DNA of 46,584 nt from Bacteroidales bacterium. GTDB lineage: Bacteria > Bacteroidota > Bacteroidia > Bacteroidales > UBA7960. A program made the translations under genes and the position numbers. Below the pieces are notes generated by a model. The model was not told the DNA's origin. It ran no database searches and was given only the letters and a program-made list of their open reading frames with translations. Where the stretch lies: assembly GCA_007129945.1 (NCBI GenBank), contig SKUN01000020.1:1-46584 (forward strand), written 5' to 3'. Positions within the stretch are counted from its first letter, which is position 1. Each line of letters opens with the position of its first letter. Of this stretch, positions 18,099 through 27,836 are shown one piece after another.

Positions 18099-20405
18099 AT
18101 GCGAATTGTTCTCTTTCCGGTACTTTTTGTCCTTGCAATGGCATTATTTTGCACATCCTGCCTGAACAACCAGAGCCGGCTCCCCGAGAAAGGAGTCAGC
18201 CAGGAACTTGCCCGCCAGAGATATAATCAGATTTCCCGGCCGGCCTATGAACTTTCTTTTCACATCCCGGCCACAAAAGCTGAACCGGTTGCAGGAACAG
18301 CCACCATCACTTTTACCCACGAAGACCCGCCCAATGATGTCATCCTGGATTTCGATGGAGGCAGTGACCATATTCACCAGGTCAAAATCAACGGTGAAGC
18401 GGCTGATTACGACATGGTGAACGGCCACCTGCTGCTTTCCCGGTCGTTCATCCGGCAGGGACACAACAGGGTGTATGTGGAGTTTACCTCCGGTGAACAG
18501 GCCATGAACCGGTCAGAGGAGTTTTTATACACCCTGGTGGTTCCGGATCGTGCTTCAACTGTGTTCCCTTGTTTTGACCAACCCGACCTGAAGGCCGTTT
18601 TTTCACTGAATCTGGAGCTGCCTGAAACATGGACGGCCATTGCCAACGGTGAACTGACCCTGGAACAACAGCAAAACGGACGCCGCACCATGTTTTTTTC
18701 ACCGGATCAGCCCATTCCCACTTACCTGTTCGCTTTTGCTGCCGGGGTTTTTCAAACTGAATCCATGACAAGGGGAAACAGAACCATCACCCTCTTCCAC
18801 CGGGAAGACAGAGACGACCGTTTACAAACCAACCTGGATGACATTTTTGAATTGCATTTCAGTGCCCTGGACTGGCTGGAAACCTACACGGGCATCCCCT
18901 ATCCCTTTTTAAAGTTTGAGATGGCACTGCTGCCGGGGTTTCAGTACAGCGGAATGGAGCATCCGGGTGCCATATGGTACCGCGACAACAGGCTGATCCT
19001 TGACGAAGAGCCGGCCAGGACGGAGGCCTTGTCAAGGGCTGCGTTGATCGCCCATGAGACGGCCCATATGTGGTTTGGCAACCTGGTGACCATGGAATGG
19101 TTCGATGATGTATGGCTGAAAGAAGTGTTTGCCGGATTCATGGCCGACAAAATCACCCATCCGCAATACCCGGAAATTAACCATGAACTTGAATTTTTCC
19201 TGACCCATTACCCCAGGGCTCTTGCCGTAGACCGAAGCCAGGGCACGCATCCCATCAAGCAGGAGCTGGAAAATCTGAAGCTGGCCGGCACCTTGTACGG
19301 AGCCATTATATACAACAAAGCACCCATTGTATTCCGCAACCTTGAAGAAATTATGGGACAGGAGAGTTTTCGCCTGGCGGTACAGGAATATCTCCGCACT
19401 TATGCCATGGACAATGCCGACTGGGACGACCTGGCGGAAATCTTTGACCGCCACAGCAAACAGGATCTCGAACAATGGAGTGAACGCTGGATCTATGGAA
19501 CAGGGATGCCGGAGATATCCACGGAAGGGATGGATGAGGAAACCGCCAGGGCGGCCCGTTACCTGAAGATGCACGAAAGGTTCCTGGACGGAGAGGGGGA
19601 TGTCTATACATATTTCCGGGAGCTGAAAGCACAGATCAGGCGGGAAGAAAGCCACAGAATTGCCACTTACCTCCTGCACAACCTGGATGAAGTTTTCTGG
19701 CGGTTTTTTGATCAGGATGCCAGGATGCGCCATGCGGCGGCACTGGAAAGTTTATTGTGGGACAGAGTGCAGCAAAGCCCGGCATCTGAGAAAAACAGCT
19801 ACCTTGGGTATTATGCCTCCGTGGTTCTCACCGACAGCGGTACCAACAGGCTGGTAGCCCTCCTGGAAGGGTCCCCGGAAATACCCGGACATTCATTACC
19901 GGAAGAAAGACGGTTCAACCTGATTGCAGCCCTGAAACTGAGAGACCACCCGGAGGCACCCCGGCTGTTGCAGGAGCTGAAAGAGCATACCGCCAGTGCG
20001 GACCGCCAAAGGCGTATTGCCTTTGTACAACCGGCGCTGTCATCTGACCCGTCTGTGCGGGAAGCATTTTTTTATGGTCTTGCCAACCCTGACAACCGGC
20101 GGCCTGAACCCTGGGCAATTGAAGGTCTCGGCTATTTCCATCACCCACTGAGGCATTCGCACAGTGTGAAATTCATAACCCCGGGCCTCGAACTGCTGGA
20201 AGAAGTTCAGGAAACAGGTGATATCTTTTTCCCCTTACGCTGGCTTGAGGCCACATTCAGGGGCTATGGCTGCCGGGAGAGCGTTACGGCTACCTGGGAA
20301 TTTCTTGAGCAAGACACTGATTTACACCCAAACCTTCGTCTGAAAACCCTTCAGGCCGCAGACCTGATGTTCCGTGCAGCTTCGCGCAGCCCGGAACCGG
20401 GTTGA
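18099..20405 (+). CDS. M1 family aminopeptidase (PepN-like), probable lipoprotein
   Basis: FPCFDQPDLKA, SGMEHPG (GAMEN-like), AHETAHMWFGNLVT...WLKE (HExxH-x18-E) and IIYNK motifs. Lipobox-like CTSC. Start taken at ATG 18099. Confidence 0.9.
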   Translation: MRIVLFPVLFVLAMALFCTSCLNNQSRLPEKGVSQELARQRYNQISRPAYELSFHIPATKAEPVAGTATITFTHEDPPNDVILDFDGGSDHIHQVKINGEAADYDMVNGHLLLSRSFIRQGHNRVYVEFTSGEQAMNRSEEFLYTLVVPDRASTVFPCFDQPDLKAVFSLNLELPETWTAIANGELTLEQQQNGRRTMFFSPDQPIPTYLFAFAAGVFQTESMTRGNRTITLFHREDRDDRLQTNLDDIFELHFSALDWLETYTGIPYPFLKFEMALLPGFQYSGMEHPGAIWYRDNRLILDEEPARTEALSRAALIAHETAHMWFGNLVTMEWFDDVWLKEVFAGFMADKITHPQYPEINHELEFFLTHYPRALAVDRSQGTHPIKQELENLKLAGTLYGAIIYNKAPIVFRNLEEIMGQESFRLAVQEYLRTYAMDNADWDDLAEIFDRHSKQDLEQWSERWIYGTGMPEISTEGMDEETARAARYLKMHERFLDGEGDVYTYFRELKAQIRREESHRIATYLLHNLDEVFWRFFDQDARMRHAAALESLLWDRVQQSPASEKNSYLGYYASVVLTDSGTNRLVALLEGSPEIPGHSLPEERRFNLIAALKLRDHPEAPRLLQELKEHTASADRQRRIAFVQPALSSDPSVREAFFYGLANPDNRRPEPWAIEGLGYFHHPLRHSHSVKFITPGLELLEEVQETGDIFFPLRWLEATFRGYGCRESVTATWEFLEQDTDLHPNLRLKTLQAADLMFRAASRSPEPG

Positions 20406-20406
20406 T

Positions 20407-20973
20407 CTACAGGCTGACATCAACCCCTACGCGGAAAAACGGGTTGTCCATATAGGCCTGGCTGTTTTCATTGAAGTTATAAAGGAGCAACAGGTTCAGT
20501 CGTGCCCGATGCGAAAGATGCAGTGCATAGCCGGCCCCAAGGAGAAAATTGTCTTCACGGATGGAGGGCCTGTCTTCTTCCCCGACTACCCCTGTTGGAA
20601 GCGGGCGGCGCGACTCAAGCCATAACCTCTCATATTCTCCGTGCAGAAAAAGATTGGAAACCGTCCGCAGGCGTGCAAATACATTGGCCCCGTAGGTATG
20701 AGAAGAATAATTGTCTACCCCCCAGCTATCGTGGGTATACTGATAAACTCCGCCGATACCTGCAGAAAAGCGGTTTGTAATACGATAACCGGCATGCAGA
20801 TGCACCCCGATGGAGGTAAAAGTCCCGAACTGCAACCCCACAAATCCTCCCACAAACACGCGCTCACGCGGGGAGAGCTCATCCACGCTGCGTTCATCGG
20901 CATACAACCGGGACGGTGTCCACACCATCAGGGCAGCAAAAAAAACCACCACAAATAACTTTCTCATATTCAT
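20407..20973 (-). CDS. Hypothetical small outer-membrane beta-barrel protein
   Basis: Signal peptide (MRKLFVVVFFAALMVW...A) and alternating aromatic/Gly beta-strands ending FFRVGVDVSL. Confidence 0.6.
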   Translation of the reverse strand: MNMRKLFVVVFFAALMVWTPSRLYADERSVDELSPRERVFVGGFVGLQFGTFTSIGVHLHAGYRITNRFSAGIGGVYQYTHDSWGVDNYSSHTYGANVFARLRTVSNLFLHGEYERLWLESRRPLPTGVVGEEDRPSIREDNFLLGAGYALHLSHRARLNLLLLYNFNENSQAYMDNPFFRVGVDVSL

Positions 20974-20987
20974 CAATTGATAAGGTT

Positions 20988-22289
20988 TTAGCCCAGTACA
21001 GCCCTGGCCTTCAGCAGACATTCCTCATATTCCCTTTCCGGCACAGAGGCTGCAGTGATGGCACCACCGGCCATATAGCCAAGATACGCATTTTTCGCAT
21101 TATACTGCAAGCTGCGGATGACCACATTGAAGTCAAAGTCTTTTTCCGGGCTGATGTACCCGACAGATCCGGAATACAACCCCCTGCGGGTGTCTTCATA
21201 TTGCTCAATGAGCTCCATGGCCCTGACTTTCGGGGCCCCCGTCATCGACCCCATGGGAAATGCATAGCGGATGGCATCGAGGTAATGGCAGGACGGATCC
21301 AGGCGGGAGACAATCGTAGAAATCATCTGATGCACATGACTGAAAGAATAAATCCCGAAAAGCTCCTCCACTTTCACGCTGTCTCTTTGTGCAGAACGTG
21401 ACAGGTCGTTACGCACCAGGTCAACGATCATCACGTTCTCACTTCTCTCCTTGGGGTCTTCAAACAATTTCTGGCGACTCCTGGTATCTTCAGCCATATT
21501 GTCGCCGCGGGCACTGGTCCCTTTGATAGGCTGTGCTATCAGTCGCTCTCCCTGCTTCTTCATAAAACGTTCGGGGCTGGCACACATGAGGTATTTCTCA
21601 TCCAGCATATAGAAACAGGAGAAGGGTGTTGGCGAGGAGCGATTGAGCCAGTCGTAAAAAACCAGCGGATCCACGTTTATGTTCTCCCGGAAAAATTCCA
21701 CGCAATAGTTAAGTTCATAAATGTCTCCCGCCTGGATATGAGCTTTAATGGCGTGAAGCTGACGAAGGTAACGGGCCCTGGAAACACGGGGCTGGAGACC
21801 AGGAACACCCGGATGAACCAGGTGGTTCTCCTCTGCCGACATCAGGGCATTATAGACATATTCAGGATCCGACAGTTTACCAAAGCCAGGGAGGCAACCG
21901 ATGCGGCATCCACCCCTTTTACCGGGGAGTACCACAACCACCGGGCGAAAAAAATGGGCAGGAGGCATTCCCATCGGATCCGGGTTCTCTGAATTCAGGT
22001 TCTCCAGCTGGTTTTTCAATTCGTAGGATAAAAAGCCGAACAGCCAGTCGTTATGGCTGTCGGCAAAATCCCTCAGCTCCTGAAAAGTATTGCGAAAAGG
22101 ACCCGCAAAGAGATCGGCTGCACCAAAAGCGAACGCCCAGGGCAAACCGGAATATTGATCATGACCATATCCGTTGGAATTCAAAAAAACAGCAGTCCCG
22201 GTATGCCTGCGGATCCACTGCAGCACCTTACCGTATGCTTTTCCGAAATCAGGAGAGTCACGGAACTCACTGTAAAATCTTTCGCTCAT
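20988..22289 (-). CDS. pabB: Aminodeoxychorismate synthase component I (chorismate-binding)
   Basis: GDIYELN, ASPERF, QPIKGT (PabB-type Lys), KERSENVMIVDLVRNDL and FPMGSMTGAPK motifs. Confidence 0.88.
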   Translation of the reverse strand: MSERFYSEFRDSPDFGKAYGKVLQWIRRHTGTAVFLNSNGYGHDQYSGLPWAFAFGAADLFAGPFRNTFQELRDFADSHNDWLFGFLSYELKNQLENLNSENPDPMGMPPAHFFRPVVVVLPGKRGGCRIGCLPGFGKLSDPEYVYNALMSAEENHLVHPGVPGLQPRVSRARYLRQLHAIKAHIQAGDIYELNYCVEFFRENINVDPLVFYDWLNRSSPTPFSCFYMLDEKYLMCASPERFMKKQGERLIAQPIKGTSARGDNMAEDTRSRQKLFEDPKERSENVMIVDLVRNDLSRSAQRDSVKVEELFGIYSFSHVHQMISTIVSRLDPSCHYLDAIRYAFPMGSMTGAPKVRAMELIEQYEDTRRGLYSGSVGYISPEKDFDFNVVIRSLQYNAKNAYLGYMAGGAITAASVPEREYEECLLKARAVLG

Positions 22290-22311
22290 GATCTTGTTAA
22301 TTAGAAGGGTG

Positions 22312-22355
22312 CAAAGGTACGGCTTTTGATTTTACTGAAGGAATCCTTACATTTG
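22312..22355. promoter_or_regulatory. Divergent -7 elements (TACCTTTG on -, 22312-22319; TACATTTG on +, 22348-22355)
   Basis: Both match TAnnTTTG and point toward pabB and the 22436 gene respectively. Confidence 0.55.
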
Positions 22356-22435
22356 ATTAAACAACAACGTGCCAGAAACGTTTTGCACATTTCAATCTGC
22401 TTCGCTTCAGTCTTACAAACCAAAAAGGATGAATT

Positions 22436-23284
22436 ATGAAGAAACACTTAACAAAATGGGCTTTGACCCTGATGATCTCCGGCCTGTCGTTTGGCATGGC
22501 CATTCCGGCGCTGGCCCAGCCGGCCGACACCAGGGCAGCTGAGATACTGCAAACTGTCCGGCAGGAATACGAACGTTCCATTGAAAACATTGATGATTAC
22601 AAGGTGGTATCCGACATGTACACCACCTATTACAAAAAAGCATATGAGAATGGACGTCCCTATTTCAGGTCGCGCACAGAAACTGATGTTCTGGGCGGAG
22701 TGGAAAGCACTTCCAGTGTGTCTGATGCGGAACTTTTTTCTCCCGAGACTTTTGAAGTCCTTCAGAACAATGCCATTTTCGAGGGCACCGAAACAATTGA
22801 CGGCTACGAAGTCCACATCATTTACATTGAAGAGATCGAGGGCCTTTTGGAAGACGAGGATGACCTGGATGAAACCCTGACAGACATGCGTATTTTTATC
22901 GACACCCAGAGCTGGGTGATGCGGCAAATGGCTTTTTCTGTGCAGGCCGCCATGGAAGACGGAATGGTGCGTGAGGTAGAACCGGTCATCCGGTTCAGAG
23001 ACTATCGCAATCACGAGGGAATGCTGATCCCCTGGGAAACAGTGACCATCATCTCAGGGCTGGACGATGCGCTTTCTGATGAAGAAAGGCAGGAAGCAGA
23101 AGCAGGCCTCAGGGAAATGGAACGGGAACTGGAGAATATGCCGGAAGCACAACGCGACATGGTGAAACGGATGATGGGTGACCAGCTGGAGCAACTCAGG
23201 AACATCCTGGCCGGCGACCAGATGGAATTTATCACCCGTGTGCATGAAGTAGCGGTTAATATCGGGGTGGAGGGCTTTGATTAA
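22436..23284 (+). CDS. Secreted acidic hypothetical protein, possibly LolA-like fold
   Basis: Sec signal ending PALA-Q; 'EGTETIDGYEVHII' and 'FRDYRNHEGMLIPW' recall LolA-like lipoprotein-sorting proteins; very D/E-rich. Confidence 0.55.
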   Translation: MKKHLTKWALTLMISGLSFGMAIPALAQPADTRAAEILQTVRQEYERSIENIDDYKVVSDMYTTYYKKAYENGRPYFRSRTETDVLGGVESTSSVSDAELFSPETFEVLQNNAIFEGTETIDGYEVHIIYIEEIEGLLEDEDDLDETLTDMRIFIDTQSWVMRQMAFSVQAAMEDGMVREVEPVIRFRDYRNHEGMLIPWETVTIISGLDDALSDEERQEAEAGLREMERELENMPEAQRDMVKRMMGDQLEQLRNILAGDQMEFITRVHEVAVNIGVEGFD

Positions 23285-23293
23285 CCCCCTGGT

Positions 23294-24160
23294 TCACCAC
23301 TTGATCAGGTAATAGGGGTCTGCTTTTACTTTTTCTGTCACAAAGTGATACAACTCCAGCATGCTGAATGCATAAAGCAGCACACCACCGGCTTTATGTG
23401 TCCGGACAATGCGTGTTTTTGCAAGATCCCGCTTCAGACGGATCTTGTTCCACCACACAAAGCCCTTGACTGAATAAGCGGGACGGTTTGCGTGGATGGG
23501 ATAAGATAGTAAGGTGTCCTGACCTTTTTCCCGGATGATGTATTCATCATCATAAAAATCCAGGTACGGCACGCGTTGCTCATATTCAACAAGGTGGATC
23601 AGGCTGCAGGTCACGAAATCCAGGCCGATATTCAGACAATAAAAATTTTGATCTGCCATCTGGCGAAAAACAGCCCCCCGCGAAAAAGAGAGGTCCCCCT
23701 TTTTAAAATCACAGGCCCCGCGGGCCATGACCGAATAACAGGGATCGTGGTTCCTGAATTGGCTGTCGCGGAAAAACTGCCGGGCAAAAGCACCATAAGC
23801 CGGAATTTCCCTTTCAGGATCAAATACTTTTGTTTTTCTGACCTTTGGTGTAAATGCCTGTGAAACGACCAGCGAAAAACGATCTTGCAGAAGGTTGCGC
23901 AGGTAATTGTACACATCCGGACCAGGGGTGAAACTGCGCACCGCTGAAAGTGACACATGCACAAAGACCTTGTCTGAAGGGATCTCTTTGATGAACCGCT
24001 CAAAGGCAATCCCTGCTTTTTTGTCGTAGGTCCATTTTTTCCGCAAGGCGGGGTGTTGTTTAATCATCCGCCTGAGGTAAAAATACCCGACAGTACTGTA
24101 CACGCTAATTTTTCTGATTAAATATCGGACCATCAATCCCGGTGTGGTTTCATCCAACAA
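23294..24160 (-). CDS. AAC(3)/YokD-family N-acetyltransferase-like protein
   Basis: VFVHVSLS, FRNHDPCYSVMARG and LNIGLDFVTCSLIHLVE recall the Antibiotic_NAT motifs (vHsSl; R..hP..S..a.G; ll.G......T..H..E). Start codon uncertain. Confidence 0.6.
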   Translation of the reverse strand: MLDETTPGLMVRYLIRKISVYSTVGYFYLRRMIKQHPALRKKWTYDKKAGIAFERFIKEIPSDKVFVHVSLSAVRSFTPGPDVYNYLRNLLQDRFSLVVSQAFTPKVRKTKVFDPEREIPAYGAFARQFFRDSQFRNHDPCYSVMARGACDFKKGDLSFSRGAVFRQMADQNFYCLNIGLDFVTCSLIHLVEYEQRVPYLDFYDDEYIIREKGQDTLLSYPIHANRPAYSVKGFVWWNKIRLKRDLAKTRIVRTHKAGGVLLYAFSMLELYHFVTEKVKADPYYLIKW

Positions 24161-24163
24161 TAA

Positions 24164-25660
24164 TTACTGCCTGAAATAGTCAGCAATCTGTATTACAAGT
24201 TTACGTGCCCATAAATTCAGGTCCTGTGATATCCCGAGCACCCAGACCGGCCAAAGGAAAAGCACAATCGTAATCAATGAACGCAGGACAAGATCTGCGA
24301 AAACATTCGGACCCATGCCGGTTTGCCACGAGGCGGCCATGATGACCACCATCAGGCCGGGCACCCATAACTGCCGCTTTTCAAAGGGTTGTATCCCGAA
24401 ATGTACATAAATAAAGATCAGGCGAACAAGATTGAATAACACAAGGGTCAGCATGCTGGCGAAAGCAGCACCTTCAGCCCCCCAGAGGGGGATAAAAAGC
24501 AAGTTGGCCACAATGGCAAACCCGACCATCCCAAGGGTAAAATACAGGTCATACCTGTACTTTTTGGAGGTGGTCAGAATGGTGGCGTTCAGCCCGGCAC
24601 TCATGTCAAACAACTTCCCGATCCCCAGTAAAAGAAAAATATAACGACCTGCCTGATACTCATCCGGCATAAAGTAAAAAATGGCATCCAGGTTCACCCA
24701 CAGCAGCAGAAAGAGCAGCCCCCCCACCACCAGGTTGCCTGCGGTAGCCTTACGGTAAACCTCCTCCATGTGCCCCATGGCGCGTGTTTTCCAATAAGCC
24801 GCGATCAGAGGGGCAGAAACTTTGACCATAGACCGGTAAGGGATCAGCATCACCGACGTCATAAAGATCATGGTGGTATACACCCCGGCAACCCCCAGGT
24901 TGATCATACCGGCCACCATAAGGGAGTCAACGCTGATCAGGAGGAAAGTACTCAGGTTATTCAGCAGGGAGTATAACCCGTATACAAACATTATTTTACC
25001 CAGACGCCTGAGCAGCGGCGGCCACGCAGGCCGTACCTGAAGCCAGCCCTTTGCGGCGGTATATCCGATGAGGATCACCGCGGGCAGGCAATAGGCAACC
25101 ACATACACCACCACAAAGCCCGGAAAAGAGATCACTCCCAGCGCAAAAAGGCTGATGGAAACCGTTACCAGCAAACGCAGTACCACCTCATGCGTCACTG
25201 ACGGGATGACGTTCTTGTAGAGGCAACGCAAATACGACTCAAACAGGTTGAAAAACAGGGTGGCCAGACCGAGCGGGATCAGGTACAACGCATAATCCAC
25301 CAGCAGGGGGCTGGAGTCACCATAAAGCATGACAAATGGCCGCTGAAAAACCAGGAAGAGCAATGTGGCCAGGGTAAATCCTGCAAGCGACAAAGCCAAG
25401 ACACCGAAAAGAAAACCATGATGCTGATTTTTCGGGTCGTTGAAGAAGGGGAAAAACCGGAGAATAATGTTTCTGGACCCCAGGGCCGCCACTTGCGCAT
25501 AGATCAGCGATATGGTGATCATCAGATTTGCAAGCCCCACCTGCTCAGTGGTCAGGAAATTGGTAAACAAAAAAAGCTTATTCAGGTACCCGATCACGGC
25601 ACCTGCATAAGCAATCAGGGAAATGCGAAAACTGTCACGCTGAACGATGCCCATGGCCAT
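24164..25660 (-). CDS. Polysaccharide biosynthesis / Wzx-like oligosaccharide flippase (MOP superfamily)
   Basis: 498 aa, ~14 TMs, DSLMV...AGVY and NLLFIPLWGAEGAAFAS motifs. Confidence 0.8.
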   Translation of the reverse strand: MAMGIVQRDSFRISLIAYAGAVIGYLNKLFLFTNFLTTEQVGLANLMITISLIYAQVAALGSRNIILRFFPFFNDPKNQHHGFLFGVLALSLAGFTLATLLFLVFQRPFVMLYGDSSPLLVDYALYLIPLGLATLFFNLFESYLRCLYKNVIPSVTHEVVLRLLVTVSISLFALGVISFPGFVVVYVVAYCLPAVILIGYTAAKGWLQVRPAWPPLLRRLGKIMFVYGLYSLLNNLSTFLLISVDSLMVAGMINLGVAGVYTTMIFMTSVMLIPYRSMVKVSAPLIAAYWKTRAMGHMEEVYRKATAGNLVVGGLLFLLLWVNLDAIFYFMPDEYQAGRYIFLLLGIGKLFDMSAGLNATILTTSKKYRYDLYFTLGMVGFAIVANLLFIPLWGAEGAAFASMLTLVLFNLVRLIFIYVHFGIQPFEKRQLWVPGLMVVIMAASWQTGMGPNVFADLVLRSLITIVLFLWPVWVLGISQDLNLWARKLVIQIADYFRQ

Positions 25661-25764
25661 TGTTTATCCAAACAAATGTACACGAAATTTATTTGATGTG
25701 TCTCCTCTAAGTAAAATGAGGAAGGCCGTGCGGGACAAGTTAAAAACCATCCGGCCGGAAAGCA

Positions 25765-26718
25765 TTAACCGGGAATCAGGTCATCTGCATTGCGGTAAAA
25801 AATATTCTTCAGTTTTTCTGCGGGGAGCTGCAGGGAGCGGATCAGGCTCTCATGGTCAAAACTTGTATTGTCCGTTCCGAAAAGAATTTTCCGGTGATGT
25901 TTTTCCAAAAACATTCTTGCCTTGGAGGGATCGCGCCGCATGGCATTGTAGCCGCTCTTTCCTGAAATATCACAGTAAAGGTTGTCATAGGCGGAAAGCA
26001 GGCGTTCAATGATTCCAAACCGGTCAATGCGCCCTTTTTCATGAAATAAAATTCCCGAGCGCTCTGAAGCAATGTTATTCCAAAAGTGAGGGCCGTGTGC
26101 AATGAATACCTGATCGGGAAATTGTTTCAGCCGTTTTTCAAGTCCGGCAAAATCAAATAAATAACCGGGAAAATAGGTTAAATGATCTTCAATATGATCT
26201 TTCAGGATGGATGATTTTTTTGAAAACCGGAGCAACAGGTTTTTGACAACCCCGTTCAGGGCCCCGTTTAACAACACATTCAACGTTTTTTCAGTCACCC
26301 CCTGGTCATCGGGCACATAATGCATTCTAGGTTCTTCCATATGAAAAAGCAGGGGAAGCTGATGCCTGTGAATTACTTTCAGATATGTACCCAGTCGCTG
26401 ATCTTCCCACTGATGGGTCACTTTCAGCTCCCCGCAACCCTTCAGGCCATGTTCCTTGCCCCTGATGATTTTCTGCTCCAGCCGATCGGCTTTCGGATCC
26501 GGGGCGTAAAAGGGAACTACACGGTCAGGGTATTTCTCGTAAGCGGCAAACACTTCTTCAGGAGGAAGATGTTGGTACAATCTTTCAATTGGTGATTCTT
26601 CTTCTTCCCAGGTAAGCAACCAGCACCTTTCAATCCTGTGATTGTCCATGTAGGTGATCAGCCGGTCGGCATCCATCCCCTCCAGGTCAACGTGTAAATG
26701 TGCATCAATTTTCCGCAT
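25765..26718 (-). CDS. Amidohydrolase_2 family metal-dependent hydrolase
   Basis: IDAHLH, GCGELK, LPLLFH, FIAHG, NLYCDISG and ILFGTD motifs. Start taken at ATG 26718. Confidence 0.8.
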   Translation of the reverse strand: MRKIDAHLHVDLEGMDADRLITYMDNHRIERCWLLTWEEEESPIERLYQHLPPEEVFAAYEKYPDRVVPFYAPDPKADRLEQKIIRGKEHGLKGCGELKVTHQWEDQRLGTYLKVIHRHQLPLLFHMEEPRMHYVPDDQGVTEKTLNVLLNGALNGVVKNLLLRFSKKSSILKDHIEDHLTYFPGYLFDFAGLEKRLKQFPDQVFIAHGPHFWNNIASERSGILFHEKGRIDRFGIIERLLSAYDNLYCDISGKSGYNAMRRDPSKARMFLEKHHRKILFGTDNTSFDHESLIRSLQLPAEKLKNIFYRNADDLIPG

Positions 26719-26732
26719 ACATCCCCAAAGAT

Positions 26733-26779
26733 ACAAAAACAGCCGTTGACCCGGGTATTGGACCCGGGTCAACGACTGT
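26733..26779 (-). terminator. Intrinsic terminator downstream of korB
   Basis: On the minus strand ACAGTCGTTGACCCGGGT-ccaat-ACCCGGGTCAACGGCTGT is followed by TTTTGT. Confidence 0.75.
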
Positions 26780-26797
26780 CAGCTGAACAGCTGTCTG

Positions 26798-27835
26798 TTA
26801 CTTAATCTCCCAGGTATTACCGCTGTGAAGCAGGTCATTCACTGTCTGAATGTCCGAGGTCTTTTTAGCGGTTTCAATCTGCATCTGGGTCAGCTCATCA
26901 TAAGTGTCGGCCGGGGCTGAGCGGATCACACCCATAGCCACCGGAAAGTCAGGTGCCTTCATGCGGCCGATCATCCGATGGATACTGGGATCCGTATCGT
27001 ATTGATCGTGAACCAGCAGGTCATCTTCGGTGATTCCGTCCTTGCCGATCTCCACAACTTCCAGCCGGTTGCCCCGCAACATGATTCCCTTGTCCCGGTT
27101 CTTTCCGAAAATCAGGGGCTCTCCGTGCCTGAGGAACAACTGCCTGTCGTCACGGGTCTGGCGGTTGGTGATCTCTCCATGAATATCGTCCGCAAAAATG
27201 ACACAATTCTGGAGGATTTCCACCACAGATGTTCCGTCATGTTTGGCGGCCTCATACATTACTTCTGACATTAACTTGATGTTGTTGTCAGGAACACGTG
27301 CAAAGAATGTCCCCTGGGCGCCCATCACCAGGCCGGATACCGTGAAAGGATGTTCGATTGTACCGTGCGGTGAGGTTTTCGTCACTGAACCCATGGGGGT
27401 GGTGGGGGAAAACTGACCCTTGGTCAACCCATAAATCCTGTTGTTGAACAACATGATATTGATGTCGATATTACGCCGCAGCACATGAATGAAATGGTTC
27501 CCGCCAATTGCCATGGAGTCGCCATCACCGGTGGCTACCCAAACACTGAGACCCGGGTTCGCTATCTTAACTCCGCTGGCGATGGCTGCTGCACGCCCGT
27601 GAATCCCGTGAAAACCGAATGTATCCACATAATATGGAAATCTTGAAGAACATCCGATCCCCGAGATCATGGCGAAATTTTCCTTGCGGTAACCGATCCT
27701 GGGAAAAACGTTTGCTACTGCAGCCAGGATGGCATGTGCGCCGCAGCCGGGGCACCATTTTACCATCTGGTCACTCACAAAATCCTGCTTGGTCAGTTCT
27801 ACTGGAGACTTGGATACTTTTTTATTTTCTAACAT
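26798..27835 (-). CDS. korB: 2-oxoacid:ferredoxin oxidoreductase beta subunit
   Basis: WCPGCG, SGIGCSSR, HGIHGR, GDGD TPP motif and NNRIYGLTKGQFSPT. The real start is probably ATG 27835, just after the korA stop; the ORF-track extension overlaps korA. Confidence 0.92.
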   Translation of the reverse strand: MLENKKVSKSPVELTKQDFVSDQMVKWCPGCGAHAILAAVANVFPRIGYRKENFAMISGIGCSSRFPYYVDTFGFHGIHGRAAAIASGVKIANPGLSVWVATGDGDSMAIGGNHFIHVLRRNIDINIMLFNNRIYGLTKGQFSPTTPMGSVTKTSPHGTIEHPFTVSGLVMGAQGTFFARVPDNNIKLMSEVMYEAAKHDGTSVVEILQNCVIFADDIHGEITNRQTRDDRQLFLRHGEPLIFGKNRDKGIMLRGNRLEVVEIGKDGITEDDLLVHDQYDTDPSIHRMIGRMKAPDFPVAMGVIRSAPADTYDELTQMQIETAKKTSDIQTVNDLLHSGNTWEIK

Positions 27836-27836
27836 A

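Noticed and set aside
23294-24160. Acquired aminoglycoside resistance gene
   Set aside because: Only distant family-level motif similarity, no mobile-element context, and tightly linked to a flippase.
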